Below, one piece after another: positions 26,788 through 35,967 of a stretch of DNA of 64,000 nucleotides. The number at the start of each line of letters is the position of its first letter. Position 1 is the stretch's first letter. Under the pieces are notes generated by a model, which saw nothing but the letters and a program-made list of their open reading frames with translations, made no database searches and was not told the DNA's origin. The translations under genes were made by a program, and so were the position numbers. The stretch is from a virus: IMG/VR virus record IMGVR_UViG_3300026534_000035, positions 16,458-80,457 of that record; one strand, 5' to 3'.

Positions 26788-28821
26788 ATGGGTAGATTTA
26801 AGGGTAAAGACTTATATCTAAAAAACGATGACCAAATTTATTTTGGTGATAATAAGGAAGTCGCTCTGTGGTATGACAACAATGATTTGCAATTAAATCA
26901 TACCATTAGTGGTGTTGCTGCCACAGAGGACTACCATCTTGTACAAAAGCAATATGTAGACGCTACTGCTTCTGGGAGCCAAGGCCCTCCAGGATATGGG
27001 GTATTTGCGTTTGCTAGGGTAGATGCTGATGGTACGCTTAGAGATAGTTATAATTTATCTGTTAATAAATCTGCTACTGGAACTTACGATTTTACTTTCA
27101 CATCTCGACCTAAAAATGAATATTATAGTGTACAAGCGCAGCCGTATCAAACTGTTACCGATACGAACGCTATGGTATCAAATGTAACTACTACTGGTTT
27201 TACTATTAAAGTAGGGCAAGGTGATAATGGGTCTTCTCCAGATACACTGCGGGATACTGATTTTTCGGTAATAGTTATAAACTCAGATGGATCAACTACT
27301 ACGGCTAGCGGAGTAGGTTATTTGTGTGCATGTCAAATAAGACGTACTACAGATTATACATATACCACATCTTGGGAGGATGTAACTTGCGACACTACGG
27401 ACGTTGAAAATACTTCATTACTAACTCATGATACTACTAACACTGAACGTATTAATATTGGAGCTACAGGTATATATTCAATAAGTTATGACATGAAAGC
27501 CGCGTTAGATCCAAATTCTTCTACGAGTGTTGTTAGGGCGTCTGGTAGGTTGGTGAAGAATGATACCACCGTTATTCCAGGTAGTGTGATTTACGCGGAT
27601 GTGTATCAGGGAGAGATCCATGATGTAGATGCTACTTGTATTGCGCAGCTTACAGTTGGTGATTTTATTTCCTTGCAAGCTATGAAGGGTAACACCGATA
27701 CCATGACAGCTCCTTACGACACTATTTTAAATATAGTAAAATTAGATGGAGTTAAAGGAGTTAAAGGAGATAAAGGAGATAAAGGAGATAAAGGCGAAGA
27801 CGGTGTAGTCACTATTTCAGGGTCTCTTACAGGTTATTTTGATGCTTATGATAGCACTGGGGGAACGACTGTTGGTACATCTTGGGTAGATGTGCCACTT
27901 ACTACCGAAAGACATAAAACATCTGATTTATTTTCTCATAGTTCGGGTTCTTCTGAATTGGAAGTACTTAAGTCTTATACATATATAATTACTGCTAGAG
28001 TTACTACAGCTATTACCAATGGTACTAACAGAACTGATAGTATTATGCGAATAGTTAAAGATACTGGAAGTGGTTATTCAGAAATTCCAGGCTCGCGCGG
28101 AAAAATGTATAACAGAACCAATAATTATGGAGAGAATACTGCTACAGTAACTGTTATAACTCCTTTGAATAAAAACGATAAAATAAAAGTTCAGGCGATT
28201 AGAGATAATGGAACTTCTACTCTTGAATTAGAACAAAACGGTTCGTCTCTTTCTGTTTTTACTACTACTGGAGAAAAGGGTGAAAAGGGTGCTGATGGGG
28301 CTCCTGGATCAGGTTCCAATATGTCAATAAAACACGAAGACACTACTGTATCAGGTAGCCCATTTTCAATAATGAATTTTACTGGAGATTCTGTACAGGA
28401 TGTGAGAGATGAAGGCGGAGGTCAAGTAGAAGTTTATATAGAGTCTACTTTTGGTTCTTGGTATGGTTGGGCTACAAGTGATAGCACTAGTAGTACTAAT
28501 AGCACTTCTTATGTTAATAAGCTGATTTATACTACTCCAACTGTTCCTGCGGGAGATTATAGAATAGGTTGGCAATTTGAATGGCGCAGAAACAGTACTG
28601 GTAATGATTTTAAAGCACGGGTACAAATAGATGATACTACTACATTAATGGAAATGAATGAAGAAAGTAAGGATCCTAATTCGTGGCACCATGTGGGAGG
28701 TTTTTCTATTTCTAGTTTATCTAATGCAATTCATCACATAGATATAGATTTTTCCGGGGAAACTACTAGTAATCGGAGCTATATTAGAAGAGCACGAATT
28801 GAGTTTTGGAGGATTTCTTAA
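26788..28821 (+). CDS. Modular fibre protein with collagen-like repeats and C1q/TNF-like beta domains
   Basis: GVKGVKGDKGDKGDKGEDG and GEKGEKGADGAPG; G.Y.I....L..GD.I.(L/V)QA domains. Confidence 0.7.
   Translation: MGRFKGKDLYLKNDDQIYFGDNKEVALWYDNNDLQLNHTISGVAATEDYHLVQKQYVDATASGSQGPPGYGVFAFARVDADGTLRDSYNLSVNKSATGTYDFTFTSRPKNEYYSVQAQPYQTVTDTNAMVSNVTTTGFTIKVGQGDNGSSPDTLRDTDFSVIVINSDGSTTTASGVGYLCACQIRRTTDYTYTTSWEDVTCDTTDVENTSLLTHDTTNTERINIGATGIYSISYDMKAALDPNSSTSVVRASGRLVKNDTTVIPGSVIYADVYQGEIHDVDATCIAQLTVGDFISLQAMKGNTDTMTAPYDTILNIVKLDGVKGVKGDKGDKGDKGEDGVVTISGSLTGYFDAYDSTGGTTVGTSWVDVPLTTERHKTSDLFSHSSGSSELEVLKSYTYIITARVTTAITNGTNRTDSIMRIVKDTGSGYSEIPGSRGKMYNRTNNYGENTATVTVITPLNKNDKIKVQAIRDNGTSTLELEQNGSSLSVFTTTGEKGEKGADGAPGSGSNMSIKHEDTTVSGSPFSIMNFTGDSVQDVRDEGGGQVEVYIESTFGSWYGWATSDSTSSTNSTSYVNKLIYTTPTVPAGDYRIGWQFEWRRNSTGNDFKARVQIDDTTTLMEMNEESKDPNSWHHVGGFSISSLSNAIHHIDIDFSGETTSNRSYIRRARIEFWRIS
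27748..27792 (+). repeat. 9-bp tandem repeat, five copies (collagen G-x-K)
   Basis: GGAGTTAAA x2 followed by GGAGATAAA x3. Confidence 0.9.
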
Positions 28822-28842
28822 TGATAGGGGGTAAGGTAAAAA

Positions 28843-30741
28843 ATGAGTTTTAAATACATATATTCTATAGAAAAGGATTTTCCTAATTCTAAAGTTGACA
28901 CAGAAGCTCTTGTTTATGAGATAAGAGAATCTAGTATAACTATAGCCTTGGATTACGTTTTTATATCTAATGAAATAGAATGTCATATATTTATGAAGGC
29001 GGAGCTTGTTGAAGATGAACATCTTATTTTAAATCAAATAGTTAGTCAACATACAGGAGAACCTCTTCCAGGAGTACAACAATCTAATACAGTTGATGTT
29101 ACCAGAATAATTAATGAGAATAATAAGTGTGTTGATGTAGACGATCGTGGAAGAATGAAAGTTTTGAGTTTTGTTACCCCCCAAGAACACGAGCTTTCAG
29201 GTCCCCAGCATACTGGGAGGTTGTCTTCAAAACAACTCCCCGATTGTGTGGCTAGATGCACAGATTTAACGGCTTTGTCGGGAACTCTAACTCAAAATAT
29301 GTATGATTTTGCAGAAGAGTATTATGATAAACCGGAGATAGATTTATTTTTGAAGGGAAAGGCTCCACTGGCGCATGATCATGATTTACGATATTATAAA
29401 AAACCAGAAATAGATGATTTAATTATTACAGATCATAATAAATTATCAGGCCTATCTAATGATGATCACTTACAGTATTTGAATGTTGAGAGAGGCGATG
29501 ATAGGTATTTTACTAAAATTTCTGTTTATACTATTTCAGGTAGTTTACAGAATGATATAGATAGCAAGTCAGACAGCAACCATATACATGATGATAGGTA
29601 TTATACTGAAGAGGAAGTAAATTCTAAATTATCTAGTAAGTCTGACCTTTCTCATACACATTTACATAAAGATTTAGATGGACTATCTGAAGATGACCAT
29701 CCACAATATCTATTGGCTAATGGCAAGCGACATGTCGATGGTGATTTAATTATTTTTGGTAACTTATCTGTTAGTGGGACCCAGTTTATTACTAATACTG
29801 AGATTGTAGAAATTCAGGATAACTTACTTCTTATAAATAATGGTGAACAAGGGCCTGGTGTTTCTTCTGGATTAGCTGGAATTGAGATAGATAGAGGAAC
29901 GGAGCCTTCTTACAGATTTATTTTTGATGAAGTTCATGATGCCTTTAAAGCTGGTGCTTCAGGGACAGAAGATACTGTGGCATTAGTACAGGATTTTCCT
30001 ATTACAGAAGGATATGTTCCTTATTGGGTTTTACATAATAATGATGTAATACCTCATTATGAATTAAGTATAAAGGATAGTTTACATATAAACAACATCG
30101 CTTCTAAAGATTTTGTAAATTCCACTGCAATTTCTTTACAGCAAAACATTGATACAAAAGCAGATTTAAGGCATACCCATGTAGAGTCGGATATTACTAA
30201 TTTAGTTCATGATGCGGTAAAAATACATGGGAGGCCTATAGACAAGCCACAACCCGAAGATGATGGTAAACGCATTATTTATAATGCATCAGAAAACAAA
30301 TTTGAATTACGACAAAGTGGATCCGGCGGCGGCGGTGAGTCTTTCCCATTCTCGTATTTTTATAGAGTAGCATCTCCTGAAAAAGTGTCTACTACTGCTT
30401 ATGAAGAGAAGTGGTATGAGAAAACTAAATTAGTAGTAAATGTTCCAGAAGGTACTTATAGAATAGGGTGGTATTATCAGTGGTTATGTACATCTACAAG
30501 TAGAAGTATCATTGTGAATTTGTTTGAAGATGGGGTAGATTTACATGATTATAGATTTGATGGTATTTTATACTCGGAAGTAGAGCCCAAGGATTATAGA
30601 TGTTATTACACAGATAGTGGTTTTAGATATATAGAGTTGGATGAAGGTGAGCACACGTTTAGATTGCGTTTTCAAGCAAGTAGACATGGGGCTGTAGTTT
30701 ATATGTGGAATACAGAGATTGAGTTTTGGAGAGTAGGATAA
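28843..30741 (+). CDS. Modular fibre protein with HxH repeats
   Basis: HDHDLRYY, HIHDDRYY and DDH.QY repeats; GNL.V.GTQFI.NTE module shared with 19455; C-terminal IEFWR domain shared with 26788. Confidence 0.7.
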   Translation: MSFKYIYSIEKDFPNSKVDTEALVYEIRESSITIALDYVFISNEIECHIFMKAELVEDEHLILNQIVSQHTGEPLPGVQQSNTVDVTRIINENNKCVDVDDRGRMKVLSFVTPQEHELSGPQHTGRLSSKQLPDCVARCTDLTALSGTLTQNMYDFAEEYYDKPEIDLFLKGKAPLAHDHDLRYYKKPEIDDLIITDHNKLSGLSNDDHLQYLNVERGDDRYFTKISVYTISGSLQNDIDSKSDSNHIHDDRYYTEEEVNSKLSSKSDLSHTHLHKDLDGLSEDDHPQYLLANGKRHVDGDLIIFGNLSVSGTQFITNTEIVEIQDNLLLINNGEQGPGVSSGLAGIEIDRGTEPSYRFIFDEVHDAFKAGASGTEDTVALVQDFPITEGYVPYWVLHNNDVIPHYELSIKDSLHINNIASKDFVNSTAISLQQNIDTKADLRHTHVESDITNLVHDAVKIHGRPIDKPQPEDDGKRIIYNASENKFELRQSGSGGGGESFPFSYFYRVASPEKVSTTAYEEKWYEKTKLVVNVPEGTYRIGWYYQWLCTSTSRSIIVNLFEDGVDLHDYRFDGILYSEVEPKDYRCYYTDSGFRYIELDEGEHTFRLRFQASRHGAVVYMWNTEIEFWRVG

Positions 30742-30757
30742 TATTGGAGGGATTATT

Positions 30758-31756
30758 ATGGCGGCACAAAAATACACATTTTTAATATCAGTAGATTTTC
30801 CTAATAAGATAGTTGCTGCTGATAGGTTGGAAGCGGAGATTAATTCAGCGGATGAAATTTTAGTAGCATTGGACTATATTACAGTTGTGGGGGATACTTG
30901 TGATATTTGGTTCAAAGAATCTTTGAGTCCAGAAGGGGAAGTTAAATTACGTGAAATAGTTGCTAATCATAGTGGTCAGCCTTTGGATCAATATGATAAA
31001 ATAGAAGTGGTAAATAAAGTAGAGTTGGCAGTAACTAATCGGTCTAATAAATTAGAAGTTCACGAATCTTCTCGTGTTAGAGGAACGACAACATATTTCA
31101 CTGGCGCCGGAGATAATGTAAATGATATAACGGATGTTGGTAATGGAGAACTTTTTATATTAAAACATAGAGTTGGAGAGTCGTTTGAGCAAAATTTGTA
31201 TATTGATTTCAATATTGTAGAAAACGAGACTTGGATTCATGAGGGGTATGTAATTTGGCATAATGCCCAATTTGATACTATTTCTTTTACTATTGTCCCT
31301 TGTTTAACTGAATACACTGTTTCAAGTGGAACTAATTTTAATTTATATGGGGGTTATTTAGTAGTTCCTGCAGCAGGTGATGGGCATATTGAAGTGACCT
31401 CTGATTTAACTGATGCTAGAGGGGGTCTAGTATATATACCAGTTTCAGAAGATGGGACTAGGCGTACTCCTGCATTTTGGAATGCAGATTGGAATTCTGC
31501 CACGAAGAAGTATGAAAATATAACTCCAGCACCAACGGGAAATGGCTCTTACAACATGTTTACATTAGAAGTTCCTTTAGGAAGATTTGTAAATAGATTG
31601 CCTCTACTCGGGCAGGGGTTTCAAAGAATGCAAAGTGCTGATTCAGATGAACTTGGGCAGGGTATGCGGCTTAGAGCCACATTATACACCACTGAGCCAG
31701 ACCATGACTGGGAAATGGCGTGTATGTTAACATTACATAGAGCACACACAGTGTAA
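30758..31756 (+). CDS. Putative virion protein
   Basis: N-terminal DFPN...H.G.PL domain shared with the 28843 ORF. Confidence 0.65.
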   Translation: MAAQKYTFLISVDFPNKIVAADRLEAEINSADEILVALDYITVVGDTCDIWFKESLSPEGEVKLREIVANHSGQPLDQYDKIEVVNKVELAVTNRSNKLEVHESSRVRGTTTYFTGAGDNVNDITDVGNGELFILKHRVGESFEQNLYIDFNIVENETWIHEGYVIWHNAQFDTISFTIVPCLTEYTVSSGTNFNLYGGYLVVPAAGDGHIEVTSDLTDARGGLVYIPVSEDGTRRTPAFWNADWNSATKKYENITPAPTGNGSYNMFTLEVPLGRFVNRLPLLGQGFQRMQSADSDELGQGMRLRATLYTTEPDHDWEMACMLTLHRAHTV

Positions 31757-31779
31757 GAAGCTGTAGAAAGGATTTAATT

Positions 31780-32496
31780 ATGTATTTATTTTTATCTGAT
31801 TTACATTTAGGGTCGCCATTATTTAAAATTAAGAATGAATTATTAAAATTAATTACTGATGATAAATATAGCAGAATATATATTATCGGGGATATTATTG
31901 ATACTTGGGAAGAGGACTACCATAAAGTAGTTTCAGAATTTAAGGATGTAATTGATTGTATAAACAACTCTCCTAAATTTATTGTTCTAATTAAAGGGAA
32001 TCATGATCCAGAGATAAGTATTATGAAATTCTTGTTTCCTAACAAGCCCGTGTATTTTAAATATGAAACGTCTTTGGGTAATAATACGGCCTTATTGTTT
32101 CATGGTGATGAATTCGATTATAAAATTACTAAGCATATAACTTTAGCCAGGTTTTTATTTCCTATACAGTGGTTCTTAGAGCGTCTAGGATTTAATTTTA
32201 ATTGGTTTACTTTAAACTTATATCATTCTATATCAAAAAAAGTCCAACATAAAAAATACGATGCCTTGGTGCTGGATATTGAAAAAGAAGCAGTTGAAAA
32301 ATATAAGGATTATGACTTGATAATTATGGGGCATACACACAAACATAAACTAATTAAATTAAGTGATAACAGATACTATATTAATACTGGAGCATTGATA
32401 AATTATCCTGTTTATGCTGAGTTTAATGAAGAAGATTCTACCTTTACAATTAAAAAATTTGAAGGAGTAGAATATAATGATAAAGCTAATTTATAA
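31780..32496 (+). CDS. Calcineurin-like metallophosphoesterase (LpxH/YbbF-like)
   Basis: SDLHLG, GDIID, GNHD, HGDEFD, GHTH and Y.NTG. Confidence 0.9.
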   Translation: MYLFLSDLHLGSPLFKIKNELLKLITDDKYSRIYIIGDIIDTWEEDYHKVVSEFKDVIDCINNSPKFIVLIKGNHDPEISIMKFLFPNKPVYFKYETSLGNNTALLFHGDEFDYKITKHITLARFLFPIQWFLERLGFNFNWFTLNLYHSISKKVQHKKYDALVLDIEKEAVEKYKDYDLIIMGHTHKHKLIKLSDNRYYINTGALINYPVYAEFNEEDSTFTIKKFEGVEYNDKANL

Positions 32497-33052
32497 CATT
32501 AAATCTAAAATAATAGCCTGGGTAGCTGATATACGTATTTATGGTTGGCCGATGTTTTTTATATTTGCTGGGGAGTCACACTATCAAATAAAAGGGCCAG
32601 ACCAACGTCAAATTTTGAATTTATTACAACCAGGGGATGTTTTACTGAGGCGGTATGATCACTATTTAGGTAGTTTAACTATAAAAGGGTATTGGTCTCA
32701 TGCTGCTTTATACGTTGGGGACGATCATGTTATTCATATGTTAGGTAAAGGAGTTACGAAAGAGGATATCCTTACTTTTATGAGATGTGATAATATAATG
32801 ATATTAAGATTAAAAGATAACTATATTGTACCTGGAGCAATTGATAAAGCATATAAATTTTTAAATGAGGGCGTGAATTATGATTATAATTTTGACTATA
32901 CTACCGCTGCTAGGCTATACTGTACTGAAATGGTAGATAATTGCATAGGTTACAAAGTTAAACAAGAATATCCTGATAAAAAATTCATCCTTCCAGATTA
33001 TTTTAAAGACTGTACTGATGTGTTTGACATTATTTGGACAAAGAAAAAATAG
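32477..33052 (+). CDS. Permuted papain-like NlpC/P60 enzyme (YiiX/YaeF, C92 family)
   Basis: LQPGDVLL, YWSHAALYVG, YDYNF and LYCTEMV (His before Cys). Confidence 0.88.
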   Translation: MIKLIYNIKSKIIAWVADIRIYGWPMFFIFAGESHYQIKGPDQRQILNLLQPGDVLLRRYDHYLGSLTIKGYWSHAALYVGDDHVIHMLGKGVTKEDILTFMRCDNIMILRLKDNYIVPGAIDKAYKFLNEGVNYDYNFDYTTAARLYCTEMVDNCIGYKVKQEYPDKKFILPDYFKDCTDVFDIIWTKKK

Positions 33053-33061
33053 AGGTGTGTT

Positions 33062-33544
33062 ATGGCACGTAGTGAAATTAGAGAAGATCAAGTAAAAGAT
33101 GATGATTTTTTGTCGCCGTGGGAACACGATCATGAAGCACACCATTATTTTATACGAGAGTTAGATACACCTACTACATATAGTGGGTATGCTGGTAAGT
33201 ATGTAAGAGTTGATACTACTGCTAGTGGACTTATTTTTTCGGATGTTGTGTTAGAGGAAAATTGGCAAAAAATATCTTCAAATTATACTGCCTCTGTTGG
33301 TGACTGTTTGTTTTTGGACTCTACTGTAAGTGGTATTGTGATAACTTTGCCAAGTAATCCTTCAATGGGTAACAAGATAAAGTTTATAGATGGTCCAGGT
33401 AATTGTTCTACTAATAATGTAACAATTTCTGGCGCGGGCCAAAAGATTTTTGGAAATAATGATGATCTTATAGTAGATGAAGACGATGCATATTTTGCAT
33501 TGGTTTATTATAATAGTTCTGTTGGTTGGAAATTAGGAGTGTAA
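33062..33544 (+). CDS. Small modular fibre-related protein
   Basis: DTPTTYSG module shared with 24929; C-terminal domain paralogous to the 19455 C-terminus. Confidence 0.7.
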   Translation: MARSEIREDQVKDDDFLSPWEHDHEAHHYFIRELDTPTTYSGYAGKYVRVDTTASGLIFSDVVLEENWQKISSNYTASVGDCLFLDSTVSGIVITLPSNPSMGNKIKFIDGPGNCSTNNVTISGAGQKIFGNNDDLIVDEDDAYFALVYYNSSVGWKLGV

Positions 33545-33562
33545 ATTTTATGGAGGATTGTT

Positions 33563-34606
33563 ATGGATCAAGCTTTTAGTGATTTAAAATATAAATATGT
33601 GGATAATGCAATTACTACACTATCCGGAAATATAGTTAGTGATGCTCCCTCTCAGTTAGATACATTAAATAAAATAGCTTTGTCTATTAATTCTGACCCA
33701 AATTATAAAACTCATACCCATGATGATTTATATTATGGAAAAGATTACATAGACACTGCTCTTAGTGGTACAGGTAGTGGGACTACAAAGTATATGTTGT
33801 TTGATTTTAATTTTAATAAAGACTATGATCTTGATACTTTGTTTACTACCGGATATTCGAGTAACTTTGTCCCTCAAACTGGAATAATAAGTGACGTTAT
33901 TTTATCGGGATATGTTTCTGGTAAAATTAATATAGAATTAATAAAAAACAATTCAGTAGAAAATGTGCCAGATGTTGGGACTGTTATTATGACGCCGTCC
34001 TCAGGAATTGAGTTTACTGGTAAAGCTTTTGGAGGTGATAAAGTAATGAATATTACACCTTCTAGGCATGCAAGTAACAATTCAATAGATAGTGATTTGG
34101 CAACGTTTGATAACATATTTTTTAATGATTTTGAATACAGGTTTGGTGATAGCCCCAAACGTCTAATGTCCACTAAAATAACTATTTCTACTCATAATGG
34201 TTGGATAAGTACATTAGATGGGAATTTAGATGTTTATTACATCCCTGTGGGTAAAACAATCCCATCTGAGTATGTGAAGTTAGGCACTATTCATTGTTAT
34301 AGTGGGGATCCTGATTGGTCTCATCATGTCTCTGAAATTATAGTTTCTAATAATGGGTGGGTTTATGCTGATGGTATATATCTTGTTCATACAGACGGAG
34401 CTTTTGAGGAGGGCTGGGCACACCTTGAAGAAGTTGAGTGTTACACGTTTGATAATCCTCCTTATACCGCTGATAGGATAGGCTCTTTTTCAAATTGGTC
34501 TGATACCACATTATCTGCTGGAGATATTTTATCTGCTAGATTAGTAAGTAATCAAAAAAGCATTATTTATGTTAATGTTAGTGTTATTATGGAGGTAAAT
34601 AGCTAA
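33563..34606 (+). CDS. Fibre-related protein
   Basis: APSQLDTLNKIALSINSDPNY resembles a common tail-fibre motif; HTHDDLYY. Confidence 0.6.
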   Translation: MDQAFSDLKYKYVDNAITTLSGNIVSDAPSQLDTLNKIALSINSDPNYKTHTHDDLYYGKDYIDTALSGTGSGTTKYMLFDFNFNKDYDLDTLFTTGYSSNFVPQTGIISDVILSGYVSGKINIELIKNNSVENVPDVGTVIMTPSSGIEFTGKAFGGDKVMNITPSRHASNNSIDSDLATFDNIFFNDFEYRFGDSPKRLMSTKITISTHNGWISTLDGNLDVYYIPVGKTIPSEYVKLGTIHCYSGDPDWSHHVSEIIVSNNGWVYADGIYLVHTDGAFEEGWAHLEEVECYTFDNPPYTADRIGSFSNWSDTTLSAGDILSARLVSNQKSIIYVNVSVIMEVNS

Positions 34607-34983
34607 TGCATTTGGATTCAGATATAGTTAAATTATTCAATGAAACAGGGGTTGAGGCATTAAAAGAGGTTATAGAAATGGGTAAAACTGAGTCATTTAG
34701 AAATTATATGATTCAGAATTTTAGGTGGTTTATGGGCAACTTTGTTCCTCATGGACAACGACATAGATGTGAAGCAGCGTGGTATAGATTTTATATTGAT
34801 CATGGAAGGCTTATTAAACAAATAGATTATAATAAGATAATAAATAAAACATTATCGGAAGAGGAAGTAATAAAACATCTTATGTCAGTAGCTGATGCTT
34901 ATGAGGAGCAGTATGGGCTGGATGTACTAAATTCTAAAAAATCTAAGAAAATTAATAAGACCTTATTATTAAAAGGATTTTAA
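34606..34983 (+). CDS. Hypothetical protein
   Basis: TAATG coupling; SD GGAGG. Confidence 0.6.
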   Translation: MHLDSDIVKLFNETGVEALKEVIEMGKTESFRNYMIQNFRWFMGNFVPHGQRHRCEAAWYRFYIDHGRLIKQIDYNKIINKTLSEEEVIKHLMSVADAYEEQYGLDVLNSKKSKKINKTLLLKGF

Positions 34984-35005
34984 ATAAGTATATAGGAGAA
35001 GAAAA

Positions 35006-35536
35006 GTGATTCGTGCTGATATAAATGAAGAGTTTCCAATATCTGTATCTTTGGTCGATGAGGTAGACGGGACTTTAGTTACTAATCAAGTTGTTAAGTA
35101 TGATGTACGCACTATAAATGATACTTCACTTTCTCCTCCATTGACTGGTGTTTTGTCTGAATCTTCAGTAGAGCCTGGTATTTATACTACTGATTTAGCA
35201 ATAAGTTCTCCTGGAGAATATATTTTTTACGCTACTTGTTCTGGTTTTTTACCGAATACTGAAGAGATACTTATAAATGAAGAAAATGTTTATGAACTAA
35301 TTAAACAAAACAGACATTATAATATTTCAGTAGAAGATGTTCCTAGAACAAATACAATTCCTACTGCTTCACAGGCAGTAAGACATGTTCCATTAGGTAA
35401 AACTGATTATATTATTACCACTATTAAATATGATAATATGTCAGATTGGTCTGGAAGCACTGTTTCTGGGACCACCTATGCTTGGTATAGAACAATAAAT
35501 GAGGATGTTCCTTATAAGATGGGAGGCCCGTTCTAA
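35006..35536 (+). CDS. Putative virion protein (Ig-like)
   Basis: GTG start with SD AGGAG; E...PGIY......PGEY pattern. Confidence 0.6.
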   Translation: MIRADINEEFPISVSLVDEVDGTLVTNQVVKYDVRTINDTSLSPPLTGVLSESSVEPGIYTTDLAISSPGEYIFYATCSGFLPNTEEILINEENVYELIKQNRHYNISVEDVPRTNTIPTASQAVRHVPLGKTDYIITTIKYDNMSDWSGSTVSGTTYAWYRTINEDVPYKMGGPF

Positions 35537-35964
35537 TGGATGTAAGGTACCTAGGATGGGCGGGGTATCAATTAGCACCTTGTGCCGCTACTGCTAGTGG
35601 TATAGGTGGCTCTGGTTCTATTGAACTAGAAGAAGGATGGCAACTAATAGCCATACCAATTCAATATGGATACTGGGATTCTTCCACTCATTCTCATGTT
35701 CATGACGGCATTACGCCAGCAAAATTTAAGAATTATGTTTTAGATCAAATAACTGATGTTTATGGATCAGGTGTTGTTGAAGTAGCAAATACGTATTTGG
35801 GGGATAATCAGTTTTTTTGGTCCTATGTTGTAGGAAGTACACCAGAAAGCAGTCCAAATAATTTTAAATTAGTATATGCAGATGGTCCTAATTTAGAAAT
35901 TACAGGTTTTTGGATTAAAATAATAGGTCCTAATAGTCCATATATAATTGTTTGGGGAGAATAA
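35536..35964 (+). CDS. Putative virion protein
   Basis: TAATG coupling; L..GWQLI.IP motif. Confidence 0.6.
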   Translation: MDVRYLGWAGYQLAPCAATASGIGGSGSIELEEGWQLIAIPIQYGYWDSSTHSHVHDGITPAKFKNYVLDQITDVYGSGVVEVANTYLGDNQFFWSYVVGSTPESSPNNFKLVYADGPNLEITGFWIKIIGPNSPYIIVWGE

Positions 35965-35967
35965 TAG

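Noticed and set aside
24929-33544. Diversity-generating retroelement or CRISPR array behind the repeated modules
   Set aside because: Repeats are diverged at synonymous sites and protein-level. No reverse transcriptase, adenine-specific TR/VR pair or regular repeat-spacer array was seen.
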